A stretch of 64,000 nucleotides of DNA from an uncultured Enterobacteriaceae bacterium (GTDB lineage: Bacteria > Myxococcota_A > UBA9042), in assembly GCA_964586155.1 (NCBI GenBank), contig CAZPHC010000008.1, positions 112,110-176,109 of the forward strand, in the 5' to 3' direction. The notes under the pieces were generated by a model. That model saw only the letters and a list, made by a program, of their open reading frames with translations, ran no database searches and was not told the origin of the DNA. The translations under genes were made by a program, and so were the position numbers. Of the stretch, positions 16,332 to 25,146 are shown in pieces; position 1 is the first letter of the stretch, and each line of letters begins with the position of its first letter.

Positions 16332-18464
16332 TCAGCGCTTGAGCACGATGACCTGGGCGTAGTCCTTCCAGACCTGCACCTCGACGTCCACCTCCCGCTC
16401 GACGATGCGCTTGCTCAGCTCCTTGGACAGCGCGCGTTGCAGCAGCTTGCGCAGCCCGGCCCGCGCCGACGCGTTGCTGTAGAGCGGGTCCTTGGTGTCG
16501 AGGGCGTCGACGTGCTTGCCCTCGTGCACGTTGACGCGGTCCTGGATCAGCACGTCGGCGGCGACCTTGATCTTGGCGCCGTTGCGGCCCTTGTGGTCCT
16601 CGGCGCCGAGGTGGGCGCGGTAGGTCAACAGCGGGCGCCGGCCCTCGGGGTCCTCGTCGAGCTTGCTACCCTCGTCGAGCTCGAAGCCGCCACCGCGCAC
16701 GGACGGCGCCGCCCCGTCCGGCGCACGCGGCGCGCCCAGCGGCTCGACCGTCGCGGCGCTCGGCAACGCCGGCGCGGCCGGGACCATCGCCGGCAGCGCC
16801 GTCACCGGCGGGTGCAGCTGGCGCTGGCGGACCATCCAGATGCCGCCGACGCCGAACACGACGGCCGCGAGCACCGCCCAGCCGATCCAGCCACTGCGCC
16901 GCGGCTGCACGCCCTCGCCGTCGCCAGCAGCGGGCGCCGAGGTGCCGCCGACGGCGACCGGGCGCCGGCCAGCAGCCACGACGGCGCCGGTCGGCTCGGG
17001 GTTGGCCGGCAGCCTCGGGCCCAGCGCCGGCGCGCTGGGCTGGCGCGCCGCGGTGGCCGGGCGTGCCGGCGCGGGCTCGGACGAGATGAACGAAGGCGTC
17101 GACGCGCCCGATTGGTGCGCCCGCGGCGCTTGGCGCTGCTCTTGCCGCGGCTCTTGTCGTTGCACCTGGAGCGCGAGGCCGGCGTGGGGCGCCCGCGGTG
17201 GCACCAGCTGCACCGCGGCGGGCTCGATCGTCGAGATGACGCTGCCGTGATCGCCGTCGTCGAGGGGTTCGCCGTGGGCATCGCCGCGGTCGTGGTCGCC
17301 GCTGATCTGGCGGCCACGCGCAAACGGCACGCCGGACACGAGCGGCCCGACCTCGCCCAAGGGCGCGTGGCTGCCGAGGGTCTCGGCGTGCGATCCGGCG
17401 TCGTGGTCGTCGGGCAGCGGTCGGGCGCCGCTGCTGTGGCTTCGCCGCGGCGAGGTCGTCGTGCCGAAGCGCCGCGCTTGCTCCAGGGGCGCCTCGAGAT
17501 CGGGCAGCTCCTCGCCCTGCAGCACGCGATCGAGCAACGCCAGGGTGATCCGCGCGGTCTGGGGCCGATCGTCGGGCCGCTTGGCCAGCAGCGCGTGGAC
17601 CAGGCGCGCCAGGCCCGGCGGCGTCTCGGGCGCGTCGTCGGTCACCGGCGGCGCGATGCTGTGCATGTGCAGCGTCGCCAGGCGCATCAGCAGCGCCGAC
17701 GGCGACGTGATCTCGGACGCGACGAACGGCGGGTGCCCGGTCAGCATCTCGTAGAGCATGCAGCCGACCGAGTAGAGGTCCGAGCGCGCGTCCGAGCTGC
17801 CGCCCCATTGCTCGGGCGCCATCGCATGCGGCGTGCCGATCGCGCCCTGGGTGCCGGCGCCGCTGCCCTCCAGCGAGCGGGCGACGCCAAAGTCCACGAC
17901 CTTGACGAAGTCGTCGTCGCCGACCTGCTTGCAGATCAGGATGTTGGCCGGTTTGATGTCGCGGTGGACGATGCGCCGCGAGTGCTCGTGCGCCTCCCAC
18001 AGCGCCATCAACACCTGGCGCGCGATGCGGCTGGCGCGGCGCCACTCGAGCCGGCGTTCGCGCTTGATCAGCGCCTGCAGCGACTCGCCCTCGAGGAACT
18101 CCATCACCAGGAACATCAGGTCGTCATCGGCGCCGAAGTCGAGCACGCGCACGGTGTTGGCGTGGCGCAGCGCGGCGGCGTTCTGGGCCTCGAGCGAGAA
18201 GCGCTTGATCGCGACCGGCCGGCTGGCGCGGTCGGGGATCATCACCTTGAGCGCGACCTCGCCGCCGGTCTCGATATGCCGCGCCCGGTAGACCGAGCCC
18301 ATACCGCCGGAGCCCAAGTGGGCCTCGATGCGATACTTCGCCGCCACGATGCGCCCCATCAGCGGATCGCTGGGCGCCAGGACCGCCTCGTCGAGCGTCA
18401 CCAGCCCGTCGTTGGGGCACGTCAACTGCTCGGATCGATGGCCGCATTGGGGACAGACGCGCAT
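16332..18464 (-). CDS. Ser/Thr protein kinase with N-terminal zinc-ribbon motif and a long low-complexity linker
   Basis: MRVCPQCGHRSEQLTCPNDG, then GSGGMGSVYRA...ALKV...HRDIKPANIL...DFG...GTPHAMAPE. Confidence 0.9.
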   Translation of the reverse strand: MRVCPQCGHRSEQLTCPNDGLVTLDEAVLAPSDPLMGRIVAAKYRIEAHLGSGGMGSVYRARHIETGGEVALKVMIPDRASRPVAIKRFSLEAQNAAALRHANTVRVLDFGADDDLMFLVMEFLEGESLQALIKRERRLEWRRASRIARQVLMALWEAHEHSRRIVHRDIKPANILICKQVGDDDFVKVVDFGVARSLEGSGAGTQGAIGTPHAMAPEQWGGSSDARSDLYSVGCMLYEMLTGHPPFVASEITSPSALLMRLATLHMHSIAPPVTDDAPETPPGLARLVHALLAKRPDDRPQTARITLALLDRVLQGEELPDLEAPLEQARRFGTTTSPRRSHSSGARPLPDDHDAGSHAETLGSHAPLGEVGPLVSGVPFARGRQISGDHDRGDAHGEPLDDGDHGSVISTIEPAAVQLVPPRAPHAGLALQVQRQEPRQEQRQAPRAHQSGASTPSFISSEPAPARPATAARQPSAPALGPRLPANPEPTGAVVAAGRRPVAVGGTSAPAAGDGEGVQPRRSGWIGWAVLAAVVFGVGGIWMVRQRQLHPPVTALPAMVPAAPALPSAATVEPLGAPRAPDGAAPSVRGGGFELDEGSKLDEDPEGRRPLLTYRAHLGAEDHKGRNGAKIKVAADVLIQDRVNVHEGKHVDALDTKDPLYSNASARAGLRKLLQRALSKELSKRIVEREVDVEVQVWKDYAQVIVLKR

Positions 18465-18669
18465 GCGCGGGGACTGTAGCAGGTTCGCCGATGTGCGCTA
18501 GCTGCGTGGGCAGGTTCCGCCGGCTCGTCGCGCGATCAGGGCCGCAATGCCGCAGCGGTCGCTTGACCTCGCCGAGACGGCTCCGGCACCGTCCGGTCGT
18601 GGGGCGCGGGGCCTCGCCGGGTCGCGTCATCGTCGCGGGCCAGCCCCGCGACCGCTGCGAGGGTGGGCG

Positions 18670-20490
18670 ATGGTGGAACGACCTGGTCGATCGGTGTCGA
18701 GGCTGCCGCTGCTGCTGGCCCTCTGGCTCGCGCTGGGGGGCACCGCCTGCAGCGAGGACGTCGAGCCGGCCACCAAGGTCGTCGCCCTCACCGCCGAGGA
18801 GCTGCTCGACCCCGAGGCCTGCCGTGGCTGCCACAAGAAGCACTACGACGAGTGGGCCGGCTCGATGCACGCCTACGCGGCCGAAGATCCGGTCTTCCTG
18901 GCGATGAACCAGCGCGGCCAGCGCGAAACCAAGGGCGCGCTCGGCGACTTCTGCGTGCAATGCCACGCGCCGATGGCGCTCGAGCGCGGCGCCACCAAGG
19001 ACGGCCTCAACCTCGCGCAGGTGCCCAAGAAGCTGCGCGGCGTCACCTGCGTCACCTGCCACACCGTCACCGAGGTCCAGGGCGACCACAACGCGCCGCT
19101 GGTCCGCGCCGACGACGGCGTGATGCGTGGCCCGATCGCAGACCCTGTCGTCAACCCCGCGCACAAGATGGCCTACAGCGCCCTGCTCGACGGCGGCACG
19201 CCCGCGTCGTCCACGCTCTGTGGCTCCTGCCACGACGTCGTGACGCCCAACGGCGTGGCCCTCGAGCGGACCTTCGCCGAGTGGAAGCAGACGCTTTTTG
19301 CCGCCGACGACGCCGGCCAGTTCAACTCGTGCGGCGGCTGCCACATGCACACCGCGCCCGGCAACGCCGGCGACGCACCGGGTGCTGCAGACCGGATCAT
19401 CCACGATCACGGCTTCCCCGGCGTCGACGTCGCCCTGACCGACTTCCCGGGCAAGGCGATCCAGCGGGCCCATATCCAGGACGACCTCGACTCGACCGTC
19501 GTCGCCCAGCTCTGCGTCGCGGTCACCGCCACCGGGCCGACCGAGGTCGAGGTGACGCTGCAGAACGTCGCCGCCGGCCACAGCTTCCCGTCCGGGGCGG
19601 CCCACGACCGCCGCGCCTGGGTCGAGCTGATCGCGCGCAAGGCCGGCCAGGTCGTCTACCAGAGCGGCGTCGTCGGCGAGGACCAGGCGGTCGCCGAGCT
19701 CGACGATCCGGACCTCTGGCTGCTGCGCGACCGTGTCTTTGACGCCAAGTACAAGGACGTCCACATGTTCTGGGACATCGAGAAGCTCGTCAGCGAGCTG
19801 CTGCCCGGGCCGCCCAAGGGCACGGCCGCCGGCGCGTCCGGCGCCGACACGCGCCGCAGCCGCGTCTACACCTTGCCGACGGCGCCGGACGAGATCGCGA
19901 TGCGCGTGCGCTTGCGGCCGATGGGACTCGACGTCCTGCACGACCTCGAGGCCAGCGGCGACCTCGATCCGATCCACCGCAAGGCCATGCCGACCTTTGA
20001 CCTCAAGGGCACGACCCTGCTCTGGCGCGCCGATCTGGCCGTGTCCAAGCCCAACGCCAAGGGCGGCAGCTCGCTCTGCGTGCCGTCGCTGGTCGTCACT
20101 GGCGCCGACGATCCGCTGGCCGGCGCCGAGCCCTACCATGCCAACCTCGCAAAACCGGGCAAATCGCAGCAGGTCGTGTTCACCCTGGTCATGGCCGAGC
20201 CCGAGCCGCCGTCGATCGGCAGCAACCATTGGACGGTCGACGTGCACGACAACGAGGGCAAGCCGCTGACCGGGCTCAAGCTCAGCGCCGCGACCTGGAT
20301 GCCGCTGCACGCCCACGGCTCGCCGATCGTCGCCACCAGCGTCGAGCAGGGGGCCGGCCGCTACCGCGTCTCGCCGGTCGAGCTGTTCATGCCCGGGCTG
20401 TGGGAGATCACGCTCAGCGCCCAGGGCGGCGAGATCCCTGGCGTCATCGTCGACGACAAGGCAGTGTTCCGCTTCGGCGTCGTGCAATGA
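18670..20490 (+). CDS. multihaem c-type cytochrome lipoprotein with YtkA/FixH-like C-terminal domain
   Basis: ATG at 18670 gives MVERPGRSVSRLPLLLALWLALGGTAC. Five CxxCH motifs are present (CRGCH, CVQCH, CVTCH, CGSCH, CGGCH). The C-terminus reads NHWTVDVHDNEGKPLTGL...GLWEITLSA. Confidence 0.8.
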   Translation: MVERPGRSVSRLPLLLALWLALGGTACSEDVEPATKVVALTAEELLDPEACRGCHKKHYDEWAGSMHAYAAEDPVFLAMNQRGQRETKGALGDFCVQCHAPMALERGATKDGLNLAQVPKKLRGVTCVTCHTVTEVQGDHNAPLVRADDGVMRGPIADPVVNPAHKMAYSALLDGGTPASSTLCGSCHDVVTPNGVALERTFAEWKQTLFAADDAGQFNSCGGCHMHTAPGNAGDAPGAADRIIHDHGFPGVDVALTDFPGKAIQRAHIQDDLDSTVVAQLCVAVTATGPTEVEVTLQNVAAGHSFPSGAAHDRRAWVELIARKAGQVVYQSGVVGEDQAVAELDDPDLWLLRDRVFDAKYKDVHMFWDIEKLVSELLPGPPKGTAAGASGADTRRSRVYTLPTAPDEIAMRVRLRPMGLDVLHDLEASGDLDPIHRKAMPTFDLKGTTLLWRADLAVSKPNAKGGSSLCVPSLVVTGADDPLAGAEPYHANLAKPGKSQQVVFTLVMAEPEPPSIGSNHWTVDVHDNEGKPLTGLKLSAATWMPLHAHGSPIVATSVEQGAGRYRVSPVELFMPGLWEITLSAQGGEIPGVIVDDKAVFRFGVVQ

Positions 20491-20576
20491 CGTGGTCGGT
20501 GGCGGATCGACCGTCGGCAGCGACGGCGGACGGGTGTGCGGCGGGCACGCCTCACGGCGGGCTTCTGGGGGCGGCG

Positions 20577-21572
20577 ATGAGCGTTCAGACGAGGCGGCGC
20601 GTGTGCGTCAGGGGTTGGATCGGCGGGCTGATCGGCCTGGTGTCGGTCCTGGCCGGATGTGGTTCGAGCGCAGGCGGCGCTGGCACGCTCGGGGCCGGCT
20701 CCGACGCGGCCACCGACGTCACGACGGCGAGCGACACGACCTCTGCGGCGGACTCGGTCACTGGCGGTGACAGCGCAGACGCCGCCGCCAGCTGCAGCTC
20801 GGCCGACCAGCTCGAGCTCTACGCCCGGCGCATCAAGCCGCTGGTCGACGGCTCGCAGCCCTCGTCGTGCAACCAATGCCACCTCTCGGGCGTCGACCTC
20901 GGCATGTACGTGCAGTCCGACCCGTGCCAGACGATGGCCTGCCTCGCCAAGCAGGGCATGGTCGACTTCGCCTCGCCCAAGGACTCGAAGATCCTCGCCC
21001 AGATCAAGATGGCCAAGCCGCAGTCGTCGCTGATCACCCAAGCGGTCATCGACGCCGAATACCAGGGCTTCCTCGAGTGGATCACCTTCGCCAGCACCTG
21101 CATGGACCAGACCTGCGGCCCGATCAGCGAGGCGTGCAAGAGCCCCAGCGACGCCATCGGCACCACCGGCGGCGCCAAGGAGCTGCTCGGCGGCTGCACC
21201 GAGGCGGCGCTCGGCGAGCTGTTCCGCACCAAGATCTATGCCCAGCGTGGCCGCTGCAGCCCGTGCCACCTCGCGCCGGGCTCGACCGAGTGGCCGACGA
21301 CGCATTTCTTCGACACGTCGTTCAGCCAGGGCGACGGCCAGGAGGCCGAGTTCAAGGCGGCGCTCTACTCGATGTACAACATCATCGGCATCGGCGCGCT
21401 CAACCTCGAGCAGCCCGAGAAGAGCATCCTGCTGCTCAACCCGCTCGATCCCAAGTACGGCGGCCTGCCCCACGCCGGCCACATCAAGTTCGCCAGCAAG
21501 CAAGACAAGACCTACCTCGCCTTTCTGTCGTGGATCCAGGCGTACGCCGACTGCAAGACCAAGGCGCCCTGA
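20577..21572 (+). CDS. lipoprotein with two CxxCH haem-binding motifs
   Basis: ATG at 20577 gives MSVQTRRRVCVRGWIGGLIGLVSVLAGC. The motifs are CNQCH and CSPCH. It lies directly downstream of the multihaem gene. Confidence 0.65.
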   Translation: MSVQTRRRVCVRGWIGGLIGLVSVLAGCGSSAGGAGTLGAGSDAATDVTTASDTTSAADSVTGGDSADAAASCSSADQLELYARRIKPLVDGSQPSSCNQCHLSGVDLGMYVQSDPCQTMACLAKQGMVDFASPKDSKILAQIKMAKPQSSLITQAVIDAEYQGFLEWITFASTCMDQTCGPISEACKSPSDAIGTTGGAKELLGGCTEAALGELFRTKIYAQRGRCSPCHLAPGSTEWPTTHFFDTSFSQGDGQEAEFKAALYSMYNIIGIGALNLEQPEKSILLLNPLDPKYGGLPHAGHIKFASKQDKTYLAFLSWIQAYADCKTKAP

Positions 21573-21626
21573 GCGCGCTGAGCGTGCTGAGCGTTCCAGG
21601 CGTCCTGCGGTCCCCGGCCCGCCCGG

Positions 21627-22127
21627 CTACGAGCCCTTGAGGAAGCGCTCGCTGCCGTCGCCGTAGCGCTCGAGCTTCCACACCGGCAGGTCGGCCTTGA
21701 TCTGCTCGACGATGGCGCGGCAGGCGGCGAAGGCCACGACGCGGTGCGGGCTGCTGACGTGCACCGCCAGGCTGACGTCGCCCGGCACCATCTCGCCGAT
21801 GCCGTGTTGCACCACGACCGCCACGTCGCGCAGCGCGGCAGGCGGTAGCTCGTCGGCTTGGTCGCCAGCGGTCGCCAGGCCATGCAGCGTGCCGTCCTCG
21901 GCAGTCGCCGCGACCCGCTCTGCGATCTGACGCAGCACCCGCTCGGCCATCGGCACGTAGCATTCGTAGCGCAACGAGCGCACCGCGCGGCCGGCGTGGT
22001 GGTCGCGGACCACGCCCAAGAAGCTCGCGATCGCGCCGTGATCGCGGTCGATCAGCGCGCCCGGGCCGAGCTCGTCGCCTCGCAGCGGCCGGTCCAGCAC
22101 CGCGCTCTGGCAGGTCCGCAGCGCCAT
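21627..22127 (-). CDS. moaE: molybdopterin synthase catalytic subunit
   Basis: GAIASFLGVVRDHHAGRAVRSLRYECYVPMAE...VHVSSPHR..AF.ACR.IV..IK...P.WK. It follows moaD. Confidence 0.85.
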   Translation of the reverse strand: MALRTCQSAVLDRPLRGDELGPGALIDRDHGAIASFLGVVRDHHAGRAVRSLRYECYVPMAERVLRQIAERVAATAEDGTLHGLATAGDQADELPPAALRDVAVVVQHGIGEMVPGDVSLAVHVSSPHRVVAFAACRAIVEQIKADLPVWKLERYGDGSERFLKGS

Positions 22128-22130
22128 GGC

Positions 22131-22379
22131 CTAGCCTCCTGACACCGGCGGGATCAGCGCCAGCTCGTCGCCGTCGGCCAACTGCAGCGTCGAGCCCGCG
22201 AACTCGAGGTTGTGGGCGATGCGGCACGCTGGCAGCACCCGTTCGAGCGCCGGGTGCCGCTGCACCAGCAGCGCCCGCAGCTCCGCGGCGCTCAACGCGG
22301 CCGGCAGCTGCAGCGGCTCGTCGGCGCAGCCGGCCGGGTCGCGGGCGTGGGCGAAGTAGCGCATGGTCACGGTCGGCAT
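22131..22379 (-). CDS. moaD: molybdopterin synthase sulfur-carrier subunit
   Basis: ATG at 22379. The protein is 82 aa (MPTVTMRYFAHARD...) and ends DELALIPPVSGG, the MoaD/ThiS Gly-Gly C-terminus. Confidence 0.8.
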   Translation of the reverse strand: MPTVTMRYFAHARDPAGCADEPLQLPAALSAAELRALLVQRHPALERVLPACRIAHNLEFAGSTLQLADGDELALIPPVSGG

Positions 22380-22438
22380 CGGCTCGGCTCCTGAGGCGCG
22401 GTTTCGTCGCGGCGCGGACCACGCCGCTGGCGGCGACA

Positions 22439-23041
22439 TCACTGGCCGATCGCCAGCGCGCCGAGCTCCACCAGCCACAAAAAAAAGATGACGCGCGGGA
22501 TGCGCAGCAGCGACACGAGCAAGAACGTGCGCCAGCGCATGCCCAGCGCGCCCGCCGCGTAGCAGGTCAGCGCGTAGGGCAGCGGCGTCAACGCGCCGAT
22601 CGCGAGGCCGATCGGGCCGTAGCGCATGATCATCGCGTGCGCCTTGGCCCCGCGCCGCGCCAGCAGCGCCGCGATCTTGGGCAGGCGCGCGAGCTGGCTG
22701 CCAAGGACGTAGGCCACCGGCCCGGCCAGCAGCGTGCCCAGACAGCCCCAGGCCACGATCTCCCAGAACGGCACGCCGCCGAGCAGGGCGAACGTCGTCA
22801 CCGCCTCCTGCGGCAGCGGCATCAGCAGCGCATCGGGCAGGAAGTAGCCGACCGCCACGGCCCAACCGCCGGTGGCCTCGACGAAGCGACGGCTCGCGTC
22901 GAGCAGCGGCGCGCGAAAGGCCAGCCCCAGACCGACCAACAACGCGAAGACCACGACGATGCCGGCCGCCATCTGCCACAGCAGCCGGCGCAGCTCCGGG
23001 CCCAGCGTGCCGACCTCGGCGACCTCGCTCTCGTCACTCAT
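22439..23041 (-). CDS. DedA/YqaA-type (VTT domain) membrane protein
   Basis: ATG at 23041 forms an ATGA overlap with the upstream gene's stop. Hydrophobic segments fit the pattern PDALLMPLPQE...GYGPIGL..GALTPLPY. Confidence 0.6.
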   Translation of the reverse strand: MSDESEVAEVGTLGPELRRLLWQMAAGIVVVFALLVGLGLAFRAPLLDASRRFVEATGGWAVAVGYFLPDALLMPLPQEAVTTFALLGGVPFWEIVAWGCLGTLLAGPVAYVLGSQLARLPKIAALLARRGAKAHAMIMRYGPIGLAIGALTPLPYALTCYAAGALGMRWRTFLLVSLLRIPRVIFFLWLVELGALAIGQ

Positions 23042-25134
23042 GGCGCACGCTCTGCCGCAGCGGGGGGCTGCACCGGGCCGCCGATGTGTCGGCGGCTGCG
23101 CGCGATCGTCTGCAGCGCCGGCAAAACTGCAAGAGGCAAAACCGGACCGGGCGGACGCAGGCCGCCGTCGCGCAGCGCCCGCCCCGAGGCCGCGCCGGCC
23201 GCGGCCTGGACCGCGGCGTCCACACGACCGAGCGGCGAAGCCCACTCGGTGAGCCCCGCGGCACGCCCGGCGTCACGGGGCTGGCAGCGGGCGCAGGCGC
23301 GCTCGGGCGGCAGCCACGGCGCCATCGACGGGCCGTCGACGCAGCGCTCGGCGTCCCCCAGCCAGCGCAAGACGAGCTCGCCGGCGGGCCCCCCCTGCAG
23401 CCGGCGATGGCGCGCCCACTCCTGCAGCCGGTGCGGCGCCGCGGCGAAGACGACGCAGGTGCCCGGCTCGACCGGCGCGGCGTGGACGAAGTAGGTCCAG
23501 CGCTTCTCTTGCAGCGCGACCTCGATGTCCGGCTCGATCGGCCGCCAGCCATGCGCCGCCGAGGTCGCGAAGTTGTAGACCGGCCAATGCGGATGCAGCA
23601 CCCCGGCGATGGTCCAGCCCTCGTCGCGCAGCGCGACCGCCAGCGCCGGCAGCGACGGGTCGACCAGCGGCGCGATCTGGGCCCAGGGACGCTCGCCGAT
23701 GTGCTCCTGGTAGCCCTGGTAGAGCCGGGCGTTCGAGGCTGCGATCCGTCCCGGCGCCCAGACGACCAGCAGCAGCGCCGCCGCCGCGAGCGCGCCCGCC
23801 TGCCAGCGCGGCGTCGAGCCTTGGCTCTGGGCCCACGCCGCCGTCGCGGCGCCGACCGCCGCCGCCGCCCCGAGCAGGCCCATCCACTCGAGCAACATGC
23901 CGTGCTTGAACAGGTAGTACTCACGCGGCAACGACGGCAGCAGCAGGTGCATCGCCACCAGCAGCGCGCCGGCACCGATGTTGACGAGCAACCACGCCCC
24001 GGCCGCCCGCTGCTTGCGCCCCGCCAGGCCGAGCAGCATCGCCGCGACGCCGCCGATCGTCAGGGCCAACGCGCGGCCGGTCAGCGTCGGCGTCATCACC
24101 GAGCCCGCCTTCTTCCACGACAGCGCCAGCATCAAGCAGAAGATCAGCGCCTCGATCAGGCAGAGCAGCGCCGCGCCGCGCCAGAGCCACGGCCACGCCG
24201 TGCGCAGCAGCGGCGCCCGCGCCAGCCGCCGCAGGGCCGCGATCCCGGGCCATTCGCCCAGGCCGCGCGCGATGTCGTCGGCGACGGTCGCCGGATCGGT
24301 GGCGCCCACGGCCCAGGCCAGCATCGCCAGCGCCAGCAGCTGCTCCGGCAGGTCGATGCCGTAGACAAAGCGCAGCAGGCCGAGGCCCATCGCGGCGCCG
24401 ATCCATCGACCGAGCGCCGTCCGCGCCGTCGCCACGGCCCACAAGCCCAGGTGCCACGGCAGCAGCGCGTGCAGCTGGCCGACGAAGCCCTCGGCCGCCA
24501 GGTAGTGCGTCAGGGCGAAGCCCCAGCCCTGCGCGACCCAGAGCAGGGCCAGGCCGCTGACGCTGGCGCCGACCCAGGCGGCCGCGCCCTGCCGACCCGC
24601 CGCACCGAGCGACACCGCCACGACCGCCGCGACCGCCCACGACGCCGCCGAGCCGGCGTGGATCGCCACGGCCGCGGCGTCGCCGATGTCCAGGCCCCAG
24701 AGCTGCGAGACCGACCACGCCATCGCATGCCAGCCGGTGAAGCCGACGTAGACCTGCGGCATCCGGTCGACCAGCTGCTCAGCGAGCGAGAGGTGGTTGC
24801 CGAAGTCGCCGCCGCCGACGGTGACGAGGCCGCCTTCGGTCGTCAGCACCAGCTGCTGCACCAGCGAGCCGACGACGGCCCAGGCGGTGAGCACGCCCGG
24901 CACTGCGGCCGCCCATGGCACGCCGCCAGCCCGCAGCGACGCCCGCAGCAGCAGCAGCGCCACCAGGCCGATGGCCCCCGCGCCCAGCCACGCCGCCGTC
25001 GCCATCGGCACGCCGAGGGTGTGGCGGAACGCCGCGCCGGCCGTCCACGCGACCACGCACGCCACCGGCACGCCGACGGCGACAGCGAGCAACAGGGCTG
25101 CGGCACGGCTCGGTGCCGCGGGTGCGCTCGTCAT
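23038..25134 (-). CDS. large polytopic membrane protein, function unknown
   Basis: ATG at 25134 (track ORF starts at TTG 25140). About 700 aa with many Ala/Leu/Gly-rich predicted TM segments and a soluble C-terminal part. It starts 13 nt after the stop of the fibrinogen-like paralogue. Confidence 0.7.
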   Translation of the reverse strand: MTSAPAAPSRAAALLLAVAVGVPVACVVAWTAGAAFRHTLGVPMATAAWLGAGAIGLVALLLLRASLRAGGVPWAAAVPGVLTAWAVVGSLVQQLVLTTEGGLVTVGGGDFGNHLSLAEQLVDRMPQVYVGFTGWHAMAWSVSQLWGLDIGDAAAVAIHAGSAASWAVAAVVAVSLGAAGRQGAAAWVGASVSGLALLWVAQGWGFALTHYLAAEGFVGQLHALLPWHLGLWAVATARTALGRWIGAAMGLGLLRFVYGIDLPEQLLALAMLAWAVGATDPATVADDIARGLGEWPGIAALRRLARAPLLRTAWPWLWRGAALLCLIEALIFCLMLALSWKKAGSVMTPTLTGRALALTIGGVAAMLLGLAGRKQRAAGAWLLVNIGAGALLVAMHLLLPSLPREYYLFKHGMLLEWMGLLGAAAAVGAATAAWAQSQGSTPRWQAGALAAAALLLVVWAPGRIAASNARLYQGYQEHIGERPWAQIAPLVDPSLPALAVALRDEGWTIAGVLHPHWPVYNFATSAAHGWRPIEPDIEVALQEKRWTYFVHAAPVEPGTCVVFAAAPHRLQEWARHRRLQGGPAGELVLRWLGDAERCVDGPSMAPWLPPERACARCQPRDAGRAAGLTEWASPLGRVDAAVQAAAGAASGRALRDGGLRPPGPVLPLAVLPALQTIARSRRHIGGPVQPPAAAERAP

Positions 25135-25146
25135 CCACAAACCGGT

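Noticed and set aside
22479-22486. A8/T8 homopolymer inside the DedA-like gene, striking in such GC-rich DNA, as a possible slippage site.
   Set aside because: The reading frame is intact (IFFLWLV fits a TM helix), the run lies near the 3' end, and there is no alternative-frame continuation. It is probably just Phe-Phe-Leu codons.
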